Shown: in pieces, positions 20,012 to 30,321 of the stretch
How positions within the stretch are numbered: position 1 is the first letter of the stretch
How the letters are laid out: each line of letters begins with the position of its first letter
Assembly (NCBI GenBank): GCA_965200315.1
Contig: OZ241362.1
Span: 2,752,001-2,816,000, forward strand
DNA length: 64,000 bases
Source of the DNA: Candidatus Latescibacterota bacterium
GTDB taxonomy: Bacteria; Latescibacterota; UBA2968; UBA8231
Direction: 5' to 3'
Position numbers and translations under genes: made by a program
Notes under the pieces: model-generated
Seen by the model: only the letters and a program-made list of their open reading frames with translations
What the model was told of the DNA's origin: nothing
Database searches by the model: none

Positions 20012-20537
20012 GTGACACGGCAGACAACGACACAAGCAGAGCTCGTCCTTCGAGCAAACCGATCCACTCCAGTTGCCTTTTCCCGAGGCGATCATCGATC
20101 CTCCATGGCTGGAAAGTCGCAGACAGGCTCAACTAGAGACCGAGTTCGATGTATTTTGCGACTTTGCCTTCTCCGACCAACTCGAAGACAGTGCTATCCG
20201 CTTTCGCAACAAGATCACTGCCGATTCGGGCAAGGACTACAGGCCGAATCACTACGACCACGGCAATGGGATAGCCATTGCCGACGTGGCCGGGGATGGC
20301 CTCTACGATATCTATTTCGTCACCGAGGTTGGCGACAACGAACTGTGGAGAAATCTGGGAGGCGGCAAATTTGAGGATATTACCCAGAGGGCGGGTGTAA
20401 GTCTCTATCCACTCTACTTCGGACTAGGCGATGCCGAAGTAGTCGATCAGATCACCGTGCGCTGGCCGTCCGGGAGGGAACAGATTGTCTCTGGCCCCAT
20501 CGCAACCAACTCGCTGGTTGAAGTAAGAGAACTTTAG
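20012..20537 (+). pseudogene. CRTAC1/ASPIC-UnbV family remnant with large internal deletion
   Basis: FG-GAP-like YDHGNGIAIADVAGDGLYDIYF joined directly to ASPIC-like LYFGLG...VRWPSG; RBS-linked GTG at 20012 is out of frame. Confidence 0.7.
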
Positions 20538-20568
20538 AAGATGTAGACTAACCTTAGGAGGAAGCATT

Positions 20569-21402
20569 ATGAGACTCAAATTGGCCTGTGCCGACTTCAC
20601 TTTTCCGCTTCTGCCCCACGATCACGTCCTCGACTTGATTGCGATGTTAAAGCTCAAGGGAGTGGATATCGGCCTTTTTGAAGATCGCTCTCACTTGCAG
20701 CCATCGCGCGAATTCGAGAATGTGCGGCGCTCGGCCCGCCGGCTGAGGAAAAAACTAGAAGCTAGAGGCCTAGTTGCTGCCGACGTGTTCATGCAGACAG
20801 CACTGGACTTCGAGTCCTACGCCATCAACAATCCCCAAAAGAGGCGTCGAAACAAAGCGTGCGATTGGTTTCTCAAAACCTTAGAGTACGCCCTCGAGTG
20901 CGGTTCCAAGCACGTTAGCGGGCTGCCTGGAGTACACTTCCGCGACGAAAAGCGCGGCGACTCTTGGGCCCGGGCAGTGGACGAGTTGAGCTGGCGGGTG
21001 GAACAGGCTCGCCAGCACCGCATCATCTACGGAATCGAACCCCACATTGGCTCGCTGGCTTCCCATCCTAAGTCGGCGGCTAGGTTGGTGCGGGACGTTC
21101 CGGGATTGACCTTGACCTTGGACTACAGCCATTTCATTCCGCGGGGCATCCCCGAATCCGCGGTGGAGGTCCTGATTCAGCACGCCAGTCACTTCCACGT
21201 CCGCGGGGCGTGCCGGGGCAACGGCCAAGCGAACTTTGAGCGCAATACCTTGGATTTCGGGCGCATATTGGAGGTCATGCACACGAGTGGTTATCGCGGC
21301 TGGCTCGAACTGGAGTACTGCTGGGGGGAGGGCTATGAAGGCTGCGACACGCTGGCGGAGACCATTCGCTTCCGCGACCATTTGCGGGCACTGGCGGCGT
21401 GA
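20569..21402 (+). CDS. Sugar phosphate isomerase/epimerase (AP endonuclease 2 TIM barrel)
   Basis: IEPH, LDYSHF, HFHVR, GYRGWLELEY; RBS AGGAGG. Confidence 0.85.
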   Translation: MRLKLACADFTFPLLPHDHVLDLIAMLKLKGVDIGLFEDRSHLQPSREFENVRRSARRLRKKLEARGLVAADVFMQTALDFESYAINNPQKRRRNKACDWFLKTLEYALECGSKHVSGLPGVHFRDEKRGDSWARAVDELSWRVEQARQHRIIYGIEPHIGSLASHPKSAARLVRDVPGLTLTLDYSHFIPRGIPESAVEVLIQHASHFHVRGACRGNGQANFERNTLDFGRILEVMHTSGYRGWLELEYCWGEGYEGCDTLAETIRFRDHLRALAA

Positions 21403-21413
21403 GAATGTTGCCC

Positions 21414-22490
21414 ATGGCGGAACGTTTTAGAATAGCGGTCGTCGGCGTCGGTCGGATTGGTGCCTTTCACGCCCGCCACGTCCAAGAGCTGGCCAGCGAG
21501 CGAGGCGATTGCGCGTTGACAGCCATAGTAGATGGGTACGGCGACTTGGCCTCCGAGGTCGCGGCTCAGCTACAGGCCGGCCAAGAAACGGCGATTGGCG
21601 TTTTCAAAGATGTAGAGGAACTAGTCGCGGCTGATGCGGCCGACGGCGCGTTCATTGCCTCGCGCACTGAAAACCACTACCGCGATGCCCAGACCTTGAT
21701 CGACGCGGGTTGGCGCGTGCTGATGGAAAAGCCGCTGACGCACTCTTTGGCCACTGCGCGGGAGTTCGCCGCCTATCTAGACGCCAGCGATTTTCGTCGC
21801 ACGGCACTGATGCAGGCTTTTATGCGCCGCTTCGACGCACCGCTGTTGTGGGCCAAAGCCCTGTTGGATCAAGGCGCTATCGGCGCGCCGTTCAAGATCG
21901 TCTCGATCCTCGAAGATCCAGTGCCGCCGCCCGAGGGGTACAATAGCTCTGGCATACTCTCGGATATGGCGGTACACAACATCGACGAGATTCTCTGGCT
22001 CGGCGGGCAGCAGCCCGAGCGACTGGCGGGTTTTGGCAGCCTGCTTTACAACCAGCAGCACACGGACGTCAAAGAGGATTTCGACGATGCCCTCTTGCAG
22101 ATGTACTTTCCCGAAAACCTAATCGGCCAAGTGACGGTGAGCCGCAACCACGTGGCTGGGTACCGCAATGAGACGTGGGTTTATGGGACGGAGGGGTTGG
22201 TGCATGTGGGGGCCTTTAATGCCGACCCGCTTATAGTGAAAACCGAGGCATTTGGGCGGCGGGGCTCAATTGAGCAGCGGGAATTCGCCCTGCGCGATTA
22301 CGGCTCAGAAGTGCCGTTTTTTATCGAGCGTTTCGGACCGGCGTACAAGGCCGAGGTGGCCCACTATATCGACCAGTGCCGCGCTGGAGCGCCCTTTGCC
22401 GTTGATCACCGCGACGGGTTGAAGGCGTTGGAGATTGCGATGGTGGGAAGTGGGGCGTTGCAGGGACGCGAAGGAGGCGTAGCGGTGTGA
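21414..22490 (+). CDS. Gfo/Idh/MocA oxidoreductase (inositol dehydrogenase-like)
   Basis: GVGRIG, EKP, FMRRFD, DMAVHNID. Confidence 0.88.
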   Translation: MAERFRIAVVGVGRIGAFHARHVQELASERGDCALTAIVDGYGDLASEVAAQLQAGQETAIGVFKDVEELVAADAADGAFIASRTENHYRDAQTLIDAGWRVLMEKPLTHSLATAREFAAYLDASDFRRTALMQAFMRRFDAPLLWAKALLDQGAIGAPFKIVSILEDPVPPPEGYNSSGILSDMAVHNIDEILWLGGQQPERLAGFGSLLYNQQHTDVKEDFDDALLQMYFPENLIGQVTVSRNHVAGYRNETWVYGTEGLVHVGAFNADPLIVKTEAFGRRGSIEQREFALRDYGSEVPFFIERFGPAYKAEVAHYIDQCRAGAPFAVDHRDGLKALEIAMVGSGALQGREGGVAV

Positions 22491-22659
22491 TGTTGCAGCG
22501 AGCTAATTTTCAGGAAGCTAAGCCATCCGACAGCATTCACAAGCCGATCCGCAGGCAGACACAGACAGACACAGACAGACGCAGAATCGTATTCACGAGA
22601 CGATCTACATCTCGAATCGTTCAAATCATTCCGCATTGCTATAGGTAGGTGGAACGGAC

Positions 22660-23820
22660 GTGAAAGTCGCGAAGGTTGAGACCCTGCGGGCCAGCCGCTT
22701 TATCTACGTGCGGGTCCATACCGACGAGGGCATATCGGGTGTCGGCGAGTTGCACCCCGCAAGCGGGACCAGCGGTACGCCGTTTGCGCCCATGGCGGCG
22801 GTGGATTACTGCGCCGAGTACCTAGTCGGCAAGGATCCTCTCCACATTGAGCGCAACTGGCAGCACATGTTCCGCCGCTGCGTGTTTCGCGGCGGCGCAG
22901 ACGCCATGGCTGCGATTGGTGCAATCGACATCGCGCTGTGGGACATCAAGGGCAAGGTATCCGGGCTACCCGTTCATTCGCTGCTGGGCGGTCCCACTCG
23001 GGAGCGCGTACGCGTGTATTCCCATCTACAGGGCGACTCCCCTGCGGAGTTGGCCGAAGACGCCCGGCGCATGGTCGAGGCCGGTTACACAGCCCTGCGC
23101 CTCTATCCGTTTGGTGCCTTTGGGTCCGGCGAGGGCACAAGCCTAGAGCAACTGTCGTTCCGCGGCATGGCTAAGCACGCTGCGGCTACCCTACAGGCGG
23201 TGCGCGACGCCGTGGGAGACGAGATCGATCTCATGGTGGACGTGGTCAATCGACTCACCCCGCCGGAAGCCATCGAGGTAGCCAAGGCGCTTGAGCCCTA
23301 TGGTTTGTTTTTTTTCGAGGATCCCATTGAGCCGGAGAACATGGATGCGTGGGGTCATGTTGCGGCCAATATGCCGGTGCCCGTAGCCATGGGCGAGCGG
23401 CTCTACACCACCTACCAGTTCCGAGAGTTGCTAGCCCACAAGGGGGCCTCGTACATCCGGCCGGACCTGTCGCTCGCCGGTGGAATCACGAATTGTAAAA
23501 AGATCGCGGTGCTTGCCGAAGCAAGCTACGTGGGAGTCGCTCCGCACAACCCGCTGAGTTGCGTTCTGACCGCGGCGTGTGTGCAACTCGACGCCGCCAT
23601 CCACAACGTCGCCATCCAAGAGTACCCGCGGGACGAGTGGGACATCCCCAAACGGAATCTGGTCGAGATGCCACTGCGGCGCGAGGGCGGTTTCCTGATT
23701 GTTCCGCAGACTCCCGGCATTGGAATTGAACTGAACGACGAAGCGTTCCCGCACTACCCGCCTGAGCCTTATACCCGTTCGCCAGTGATTGGACCCGACG
23801 GCGCCCTGCGGGACTACTGA
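22660..23820 (+). CDS. Mandelate racemase family dehydratase (DgoD-like)
   Basis: IDIALWDIKGK, EDP, MGER, APHNP, PGIGIE. Confidence 0.9.
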   Translation: MKVAKVETLRASRFIYVRVHTDEGISGVGELHPASGTSGTPFAPMAAVDYCAEYLVGKDPLHIERNWQHMFRRCVFRGGADAMAAIGAIDIALWDIKGKVSGLPVHSLLGGPTRERVRVYSHLQGDSPAELAEDARRMVEAGYTALRLYPFGAFGSGEGTSLEQLSFRGMAKHAAATLQAVRDAVGDEIDLMVDVVNRLTPPEAIEVAKALEPYGLFFFEDPIEPENMDAWGHVAANMPVPVAMGERLYTTYQFRELLAHKGASYIRPDLSLAGGITNCKKIAVLAEASYVGVAPHNPLSCVLTAACVQLDAAIHNVAIQEYPRDEWDIPKRNLVEMPLRREGGFLIVPQTPGIGIELNDEAFPHYPPEPYTRSPVIGPDGALRDY

Positions 23821-23822
23821 TT

Positions 23823-24089
23823 AGAGCCCCTCTGAACGGACTCCTAGGCAGACAGTACTTTAAAGGATCAGACGAGGGCTGGGCTTGGATTGAGGAAGGT
23901 CAGGTAGCTTTGGTTATAGGCGTGTCGATGGATGCCAATAACGACCTGCTGGACTATGCCCGTGACAACACCCTCCAAATCGTAGTTGTGGCTCCAGAAC
24001 GACCGGACTTCATGCATACACAGGACTGGTTTGTCGAGGGGCTTGCCGAGGATGTCTTGCCCGAACTGACAAAGCGGCTCACCCTCTGA
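23823..24089 (+). pseudogene. 5'-truncated fragment resembling a Sir2/DHS-like NAD-binding C-terminus
   Basis: Open frame ...QVALVIGVSMDANNDLLDYARDNTLQIVVVAPE...VEGLAEDVLPELTKRLTL*; no plausible N-terminal region. Confidence 0.4.
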
Positions 24090-25239
24090 TTATGCACTTT
24101 CCTCGACTTGGCGCGCCATCTGCTCCATATAGGCGGCTTGACCCATGAGGTCTTTCTTGTAGTTCCAACGCATCTTTTCCGGGTACATCACTAGGGAGCG
24201 GTCCGCCAAGGGCAGGGGCACTTGGGTGCCGCCCTGCCGGTGCGATTGGCGCAGGGCCACGGCCAACTCCAAGGCATGGCGCAAATCGGCACCGCTGGTG
24301 ATTGCCAAGTCTCCGCCTTCTTCGAGGACGCGGACGATATCCTCGACAATGGCCCGCATCACCGGCCCGGGCTCCTGCCAGCCCTCGTCGTCGTACCCCC
24401 TCTCCTCCTCGGTGTATTGCTCAAACACCCCTTCCACCTCGACCAGAGGGGCCCCTCGACCGCTGTGCTTGAACAGGCGCAAACCCAAGGCCGTATTGTT
24501 CCAATTGCAGATCAGTCCCTCACTGCCCACCACCTCGAGGCCGCGCCAAGTCGGGCCCGGGAAACTGCTGAAGCACTCTAGGCCATTGCCAAAGCGAATG
24601 TACCCGCCCACTCCGCCGAAACCAGCGGCTCCTTCCTCGTAGGGTTCTTCGTGGTCGCTGTGGGGATCGCCCCCGACCTGGCCGACGACCCACTCCGCCG
24701 GTGCCTTGGCGGCGAACTTGCGCGCCAAGTTCAAACCGTGGCAGCCACCTTGGCCGTTGCCGCCGTACAGACAGATTGATGCGCTGCACTTGGCCAATCG
24801 CCCCCTCCGCGGCCAACTCATAGGCCCGGCGGTAATCTGGATGGCTCGACACCATGACGCCCGAGGCCAGATACACGCCCCGCTGCTGGCAGTTCTCCAC
24901 CATGCGGTCGGCAGCGGACAGCCGGGCCGTCAGCGGTTTTTCGCAAAAGATGGCCTTGACCCCGGCCGCGGCCGCGGCCACCACTGCTCCGGCGTTGGCT
25001 CTCACCGGCAGCACTGGCATGGCGATATCGATCGCCTCGCGTGCCAACATCTCCTCGTAGGTGGCGTAGCCGGGCACCCCGAAGCGGCGGCAACCCAACG
25101 CCAGATTTTCCGCATCCGTATCGGCAATGGCCACCACCTTGCACAAGGGATGCACATCAAAGGCCCGGGCTCGGCTGGTGCCGGCCCGTCCGCAGCCAAT
25201 GACGCCGACCCGGTATTTGGCTTCTCGTTTTTCTCGCAT
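24090..25239 (-). pseudogene. Gfo/Idh/MocA oxidoreductase, frameshifted
   Basis: N-terminal ORF (GCGRAG, CEKP) and C-terminal ORF join if the CAGA duplication at 24768-24775 is removed. Confidence 0.8.
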
Positions 25240-25545
25240 GAGGATTCGTCCCAGTTATTGGATTACTTGGGAAAATAGGGGAGTTCGAGACCGGATTGGA
25301 GATGAGTCTCAGGACTTTAGAGCGTCATCACCCAATCCAGAGCCGGCGGTTAAACTCTCCCCGGATGTTCTTCGACGATCCCAAGCCCTTCCTCGACAAT
25401 ATGGATCAGCACCTCTCGCGGCTGGAAGAGATCGACTTTAAATAAAAGAGCCGTGGTTCACTCCATGAGTCAAAGGGCGATTTCGAGGAACAGGACCGCC
25501 GGGCCGCACACAACTTTGGCACCGGGGCGCTGATCCTTCAGGTCC

Positions 25546-27513
25546 TCATTTGATTAGGACCATCTTCTGCACCCGCGAGACTTGGTCAGCCCCTGTCAGC
25601 CTGCACAGGTAAACGCCCGAAGCCCGGTCCGAGGCATCCCACGTCGCGGAGTGACTCCCGCGGCTCTTGGGCTCGCTGAACAGCGTTTCCACTAGCTGCC
25701 CTGTGAGAGAGTGGATCGACAGCGTCACGTGCTGTGGTGCCGAGAGCGTGAAGTGGATCGCGGTGACCGGATTGAAGGGATTCGGGTAGATGCTATCGAG
25801 CCTCGTCTTCTGGGGTGCCACTTGGTCCGAAGCAGCGCTGGTTATCGCTGTCGCCACGTGGCCGGCGACCTCTATGGGCCAGCCCTCCAGCAACTCGTGC
25901 CAAGGTGCGACGGGCAGATTGCCGTCTTGGTCGCGGGCATACCCGAACATGCGCCACTTTCCCCCGCGGGCCTGATCCGACACCCTGAACCGCGCTGTGA
26001 GGTGAATGCGGTCGCGGCCATCGGTTCCCCAAGTCGTCTCTGTGCCGTCGACGTACAGGCTCTCGGTCCCCGTGAGGTCCGTCCAATCCGCTGAACCCTC
26101 TTCCTCCCTCGCGTACACGGACCCGCTAACACCACGAATGAAGTAGCTGTCGCCGGCTGAGAACTCCTCCAGAGCGATGCGGTCGCCGGTGGCGAGGTGC
26201 CCAGAGCTGATGAGCTGGACGCCGATCTCGGCGATGTCATTCGCTCCCTGAGGGTCGACGGCCAGCGCGTGCAGGTCGTACCAAGTGTTGGGCTCGAGGG
26301 TATCGACGCGCTCCTCTGCGCCGGGCAGGGTGACATAAATATGTCCGACGAAAGGACTGGGGCTCGAGTCCGGGAAGGGATGGCGGGGTGCCGAACTCAG
26401 GGCGCTGTTGTACTTGAAGAGCCGGCCATCGACGAACAGGTTGTAGGCCACAAACTTCGTCTCCCCCTCGTAGTCGTAGTCGTCCACCCACAGCAGCCGG
26501 CGCCACGGATCCGTGGCGTTCACGTTGTCCCCTATGTAGATGTTGTGGAGCACGGCTTCGGCGATGTAATTGCCGTTGTGCGTTGGACCGCCGAAGTCCA
26601 GCATCCGGGAGTACCCGCCGACCGAGTAGTCTCCGCAGCCGGGATCGAAGTGGTTCCCGGTAATCTCCAAGCTGCCGCTTTTGAAGGCCATGGGCCGGGT
26701 GCGCTCGAAGATGTTGTCGCGGACCACGGCTCGAATCGCGTACCCGCCTTGGGGATGGGTATCGACGCAGGCCTGCCACTGCTCTAGGTCGTTGTCGTGG
26801 AAGTAGTTGTTCTCCACGGTGAGCCGGGTCTGCGGGCTGTTGGAGGCAATGGAATGGCGGTTAAAGGTGAATTCGTTGCGCGATATGGCGACCTCGGAAC
26901 CGCCGGTGGCCATGGTCGTTCCCGTAATGCTGATCCCATAGCCGAAGCCATTGCGGTAGTTCTCGTGCAGGTAGCTTCTGGTGACCACGCCCCCGCGGGA
27001 GTTCATGAAGTCGATGCCCTTGCGGAAGCGGGTGATCTCGCAGTTGTCGATTTCGAGCTGGTCGTGCCCGACAACGGCGATGCCGTCTCCGGTTCCCGCC
27101 TCGTGAGTAATGGCCCCCACGAGCTTGAGGCGCTCGAAGGTCACGGCGTCGCTCGCCACGTGGAACAGGTTGAGGTCGCTGTCTTCGGTGTAACACACGG
27201 CGGGAGGGGAATCCCAGTATGGCGGGTCATTCGGCTCTCCCGGCTCGACCTCGCCCACGTCCACGAGTTTGGCCGCGCCGAGAAGGGTGATGCTCCTGTC
27301 GATGACGACCGTCTCGGTGAACAGGTACTCTCCCTCTAAAAACACCAGTGTGTCCCCTGCGAAGGCGCTGGACACGGCCTCCTGAACCGCCGCGCTGGTG
27401 AAGCCCTCCACCTGCAGACCTTGGGAGGGAGCCGCGAGGGCTGGCACAAGGGCCACTAGCCACGCACGGACGGCAGCTATCTTTGCCCTAGTCTTCTCGT
27501 TTCTCGTCTCCAT
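25546..27513 (-). CDS. Secreted right-handed parallel beta-helix protein with C-terminal T9SS-A/FlgD-like domain
   Basis: Signal peptide; Asn-ladder repeats; YPNPFNP...WDA...SGVY...KMVLIK. Confidence 0.75.
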   Translation of the reverse strand: METRNEKTRAKIAAVRAWLVALVPALAAPSQGLQVEGFTSAAVQEAVSSAFAGDTLVFLEGEYLFTETVVIDRSITLLGAAKLVDVGEVEPGEPNDPPYWDSPPAVCYTEDSDLNLFHVASDAVTFERLKLVGAITHEAGTGDGIAVVGHDQLEIDNCEITRFRKGIDFMNSRGGVVTRSYLHENYRNGFGYGISITGTTMATGGSEVAISRNEFTFNRHSIASNSPQTRLTVENNYFHDNDLEQWQACVDTHPQGGYAIRAVVRDNIFERTRPMAFKSGSLEITGNHFDPGCGDYSVGGYSRMLDFGGPTHNGNYIAEAVLHNIYIGDNVNATDPWRRLLWVDDYDYEGETKFVAYNLFVDGRLFKYNSALSSAPRHPFPDSSPSPFVGHIYVTLPGAEERVDTLEPNTWYDLHALAVDPQGANDIAEIGVQLISSGHLATGDRIALEEFSAGDSYFIRGVSGSVYAREEEGSADWTDLTGTESLYVDGTETTWGTDGRDRIHLTARFRVSDQARGGKWRMFGYARDQDGNLPVAPWHELLEGWPIEVAGHVATAITSAASDQVAPQKTRLDSIYPNPFNPVTAIHFTLSAPQHVTLSIHSLTGQLVETLFSEPKSRGSHSATWDASDRASGVYLCRLTGADQVSRVQKMVLIK

Positions 27514-27698
27514 CGCTCGCCAGACCTTGCCTGAAAGCCCGTTGTAGGAATGTCGCCTATGATCCTTATTAGGCCAATGGGTTGTATGACTTCCTCGTCA
27601 ATACCTCTGCAGTGGCCGGGGCCATCAAGTCGTCCTACCCGGATCGGGCGATAGCCATTTGGCAAGGAGCCAAGAGCAAGCGACGGTAAGGAGATTTT

Positions 27699-28238
27699 AT
27701 GACGACGAAAATCAACCAAACGACCCTCGCGCTTGTGCGCGGAGATATTACAAGGGAACGAGTCGATGCGATTGCCAACGCTGCCAACGAGGGACTCATG
27801 GGTGGCGGTGGCGTTGATGGTGCCATTCACCGTGCTGGCGGACCGGCCATCTCAGCGGAATGCAGCGCAATCCGCGCCAAGCAGGGCGGTTGTCCCACGG
27901 GTCAAGCCGTAATCACGACGGGAGGCAACCTTCCCGCAAAGCACGTCATCCACACCGTGGGGCCGATCTGGCGGAGTGGAGACGCTGGTGAAGTCGAACT
28001 GCTCGCTAGCTGTTATCGGGAGAGTTTGGGACTCGCAGTGGAGCACGGCATTAAGACGATTGCATTTCCATCCATTAGCACCGGCGTGTATGGTTATCCA
28101 GTCGCGCAAGCCGCGGTCGTCGCTCTCAATGCGGTGAAGCAATTTCTCAAAGCACACGACGGTCTCGATGACGTGCGTTTCGTCCTCTTCGATGATGCGA
28201 CATACGGGGCTTACGAGAATGCCCTTTTAGCTGTCTGA
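27699..28238 (+). CDS. Macro-domain O-acetyl-ADP-ribose deacetylase (YmdB-like)
   Basis: GDIT, NAAN..L.GGGGVDGAIH, HTVGP, AFPSISTGVYGYP. Confidence 0.93.
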   Translation: MTTKINQTTLALVRGDITRERVDAIANAANEGLMGGGGVDGAIHRAGGPAISAECSAIRAKQGGCPTGQAVITTGGNLPAKHVIHTVGPIWRSGDAGEVELLASCYRESLGLAVEHGIKTIAFPSISTGVYGYPVAQAAVVALNAVKQFLKAHDGLDDVRFVLFDDATYGAYENALLAV

Positions 28239-28281
28239 CTAAAATTTTTATCGTAGGCGAGGTCATCGGCACTGAATCGCC

Positions 28282-28606
28282 TGGTTGTCGTGAACACCTC
28301 GTTCAGTTCCGTTGCCTGCCGTGAGCATTCACGTGCCCCATCTCATCGACGTGGAACATCGCTCACGTGCTCCGCCGTTATGCTCTGCAAGGAACGTTGA
28401 GCTCCACACGCGGAGCACTCGCACTCGACGTCGAACGATATTCGCATGAGCTATTCCTCGACCGAATCTGGCAGCTTCGCGATAACGTGAGCACCTACGA
28501 CGCCGTGTCCGTCTCACTGGCGGAGGCGCTGGGGGCGGTGCTCGTGACCGGCGACAGCCGGCTGCTCGGTGCCCCGGGCCTGACTACCCGCATCGAGCGG
28601 GCATGA
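28282..28606 (+). pseudogene. PIN-domain VapC toxin remnant
   Basis: Fragments LVVVNTS, IHVPHLIDVE, IAHVLRR...YDA...LAEAL...LVTGD in shifted frames. Confidence 0.65.
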
Positions 28607-28666
28607 TTCCCTTTAGCTTGAACGCCCTGCGTCCTCAGCAGAACAGCCACTCACTTACCCACTAAG

Positions 28667-30313
28667 CTAGCTCGTCGGGCGAACGCGGGGGCCGTTCAGC
28701 AATCGGCCCAGCCAAGTGTAGCGGACGAGGAATTGGTAGATCAGCAACAGAAAGCCAGTGCCTACGAGCAAAACCAAGAAGTACTTTATGCCGGAAGAAA
28801 GCGGCCAATCGCGCACGGCCAATTGAGCACCAATGACCAACGGTACGTGCGCCACGTATAGCCAGTACGACGAATCCGACAAGTAGCGAATGGTTTTGTT
28901 TTCGCGGGTGCAGAGTTTGCGAAACAAGCCCATGAACCCAAAGGTCATTATCCAAGCGTAGATCACCTGCAAAGCCACCGCTGAGGTTCGGGCCATGGCC
29001 GGGCCGAATATCTCTTGGCGAAATCCGAATACACCCACTGAAAATTCGAGCCCGAGCGGGAAGACGATAAACAGCCCCACGGGAAGCGCCAGCCACCACC
29101 ATTTTCCGACTCGGCCGTCTGGGTCGTCGCAGTCGAAATACAGAGCACCAAAGAAGAAAAAGAGGACGTAGTAAAGTACTATGTGCGGCATGGGCAGAAG
29201 GCCCAAGGAGGTATCCGGGCCAAAACTCGGTATGACCAGTCCCATGAGCGACTGTGGGATCATGGTCAGAGGGATCAAATAGAGAAAGCGAACGGGTGAA
29301 AGAATGAGCCACTTGGGCGGTCCTTGCCATTGCAGCCAATCAGCGAGGCGGGCGTAGAGTGCAAAGGCGAGGACCAACCAGCAGAGGAACCACAAGAACC
29401 AGAGGTGGTGAAAAACCGGCACGGCAAAGATCGGCCATGCCATCGCTTTAATAAACCCGGTCGATTTCTCCTCTGTCTCGTCGATTTTTTCTTGTCCAGT
29501 GGAGGATTGTTCAAAAAGTCCGGCGATTTCAACGCGGCCGCCCTCAACTTGTCGCGCATCGAGTTCAATCTGCAACAGGCCCGCCAAATACCTAGTCAGT
29601 TCCCAATCCACTTCCAGAGCCATCCGAGGCGTATCGCCATTGTTGTTTTTTGCTTCGGGATCTGCTCCGTGCTGAAGCAGCAGCTTGGCGACTTGCACCC
29701 GTCCCAAGAAAGCGGCCGCGTGCAAGGGGGTGCCGCCATCTTTGGTGCGGCCATTGACCGCGGCTCCGTTTTGCAGCAGCCAATTGACGGCCTCAAGCTG
29801 GCCGACCAGCGCGGCCCATACTAGGGGCGTTTGCCCGGAGGCCAGATCAATACCATTGATATCGGCTTCGTCTTGCAGGTGTCGTTCAATAGCGGCGAGG
29901 TCCCCGTTCTTGGCTGCGTCCCAGATAGTGTCTTCTGCGGCTTTGGCCGCGTTGGCTTCAAATGCAGATGCAATAGCCCAGCCGCTGATCCAGTTCACCG
30001 CCGGAACGATGGTCACCAGCCCGAGCAGGAACGGCAGCAACACGCGGCGCAAGCGGTGGGAAAGCACTGGTTTTAAGCCGCGCCCGCGCCAAAGCATGGC
30101 CGTAAAAAAGCCGCTCAACACAAAGAACACCGGCATGCGGAAACCGTGGATTGCGGCGAATAACAGCCCGAAGAAATCGCTTTGCCGCTCATCCTGAACC
30201 GGCCAAGGAAACGGCGTGAAGGACAACCCCGCGTGCAATGCGATGCCGAGCAACATCGCCGCGGCGCGCAGGGCGTCGAGGTCGTAGCGGCGCGGGTAAG
30301 AGTTCCTATTCAC
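28667..30313 (-). CDS. Acyltransferase family 3 (OpgC/MdoC-like) with inserted ankyrin repeats
   Basis: RRYDLDALRA, FRMPVFFVLSGFF, HHLWFLWFL; ankyrin GQTPLVWAA, GGTPLHAAA, GDTP. Confidence 0.85.
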   Translation of the reverse strand: MNRNSYPRRYDLDALRAAAMLLGIALHAGLSFTPFPWPVQDERQSDFFGLLFAAIHGFRMPVFFVLSGFFTAMLWRGRGLKPVLSHRLRRVLLPFLLGLVTIVPAVNWISGWAIASAFEANAAKAAEDTIWDAAKNGDLAAIERHLQDEADINGIDLASGQTPLVWAALVGQLEAVNWLLQNGAAVNGRTKDGGTPLHAAAFLGRVQVAKLLLQHGADPEAKNNNGDTPRMALEVDWELTRYLAGLLQIELDARQVEGGRVEIAGLFEQSSTGQEKIDETEEKSTGFIKAMAWPIFAVPVFHHLWFLWFLCWLVLAFALYARLADWLQWQGPPKWLILSPVRFLYLIPLTMIPQSLMGLVIPSFGPDTSLGLLPMPHIVLYYVLFFFFGALYFDCDDPDGRVGKWWWLALPVGLFIVFPLGLEFSVGVFGFRQEIFGPAMARTSAVALQVIYAWIMTFGFMGLFRKLCTRENKTIRYLSDSSYWLYVAHVPLVIGAQLAVRDWPLSSGIKYFLVLLVGTGFLLLIYQFLVRYTWLGRLLNGPRVRPTS

Positions 30314-30321
30314 GGCTTGTA

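Noticed and set aside
22551-22585. ACAGACAGAC short tandem repeat upstream of a dehydratase
   Set aside because: Only about 2.5 units; too short to argue for phase variation
23823-28238. Sir2-like fragment plus macro domain as a SirTM system
   Set aside because: Separated by about 3.6 kb and two unrelated genes; the macro protein looks like ordinary YmdB
28221-28620. CCCTTT(T)AGCT repeated on both sides of the VapC remnant
   Set aside because: About 10 bp with an indel; compatible with chance
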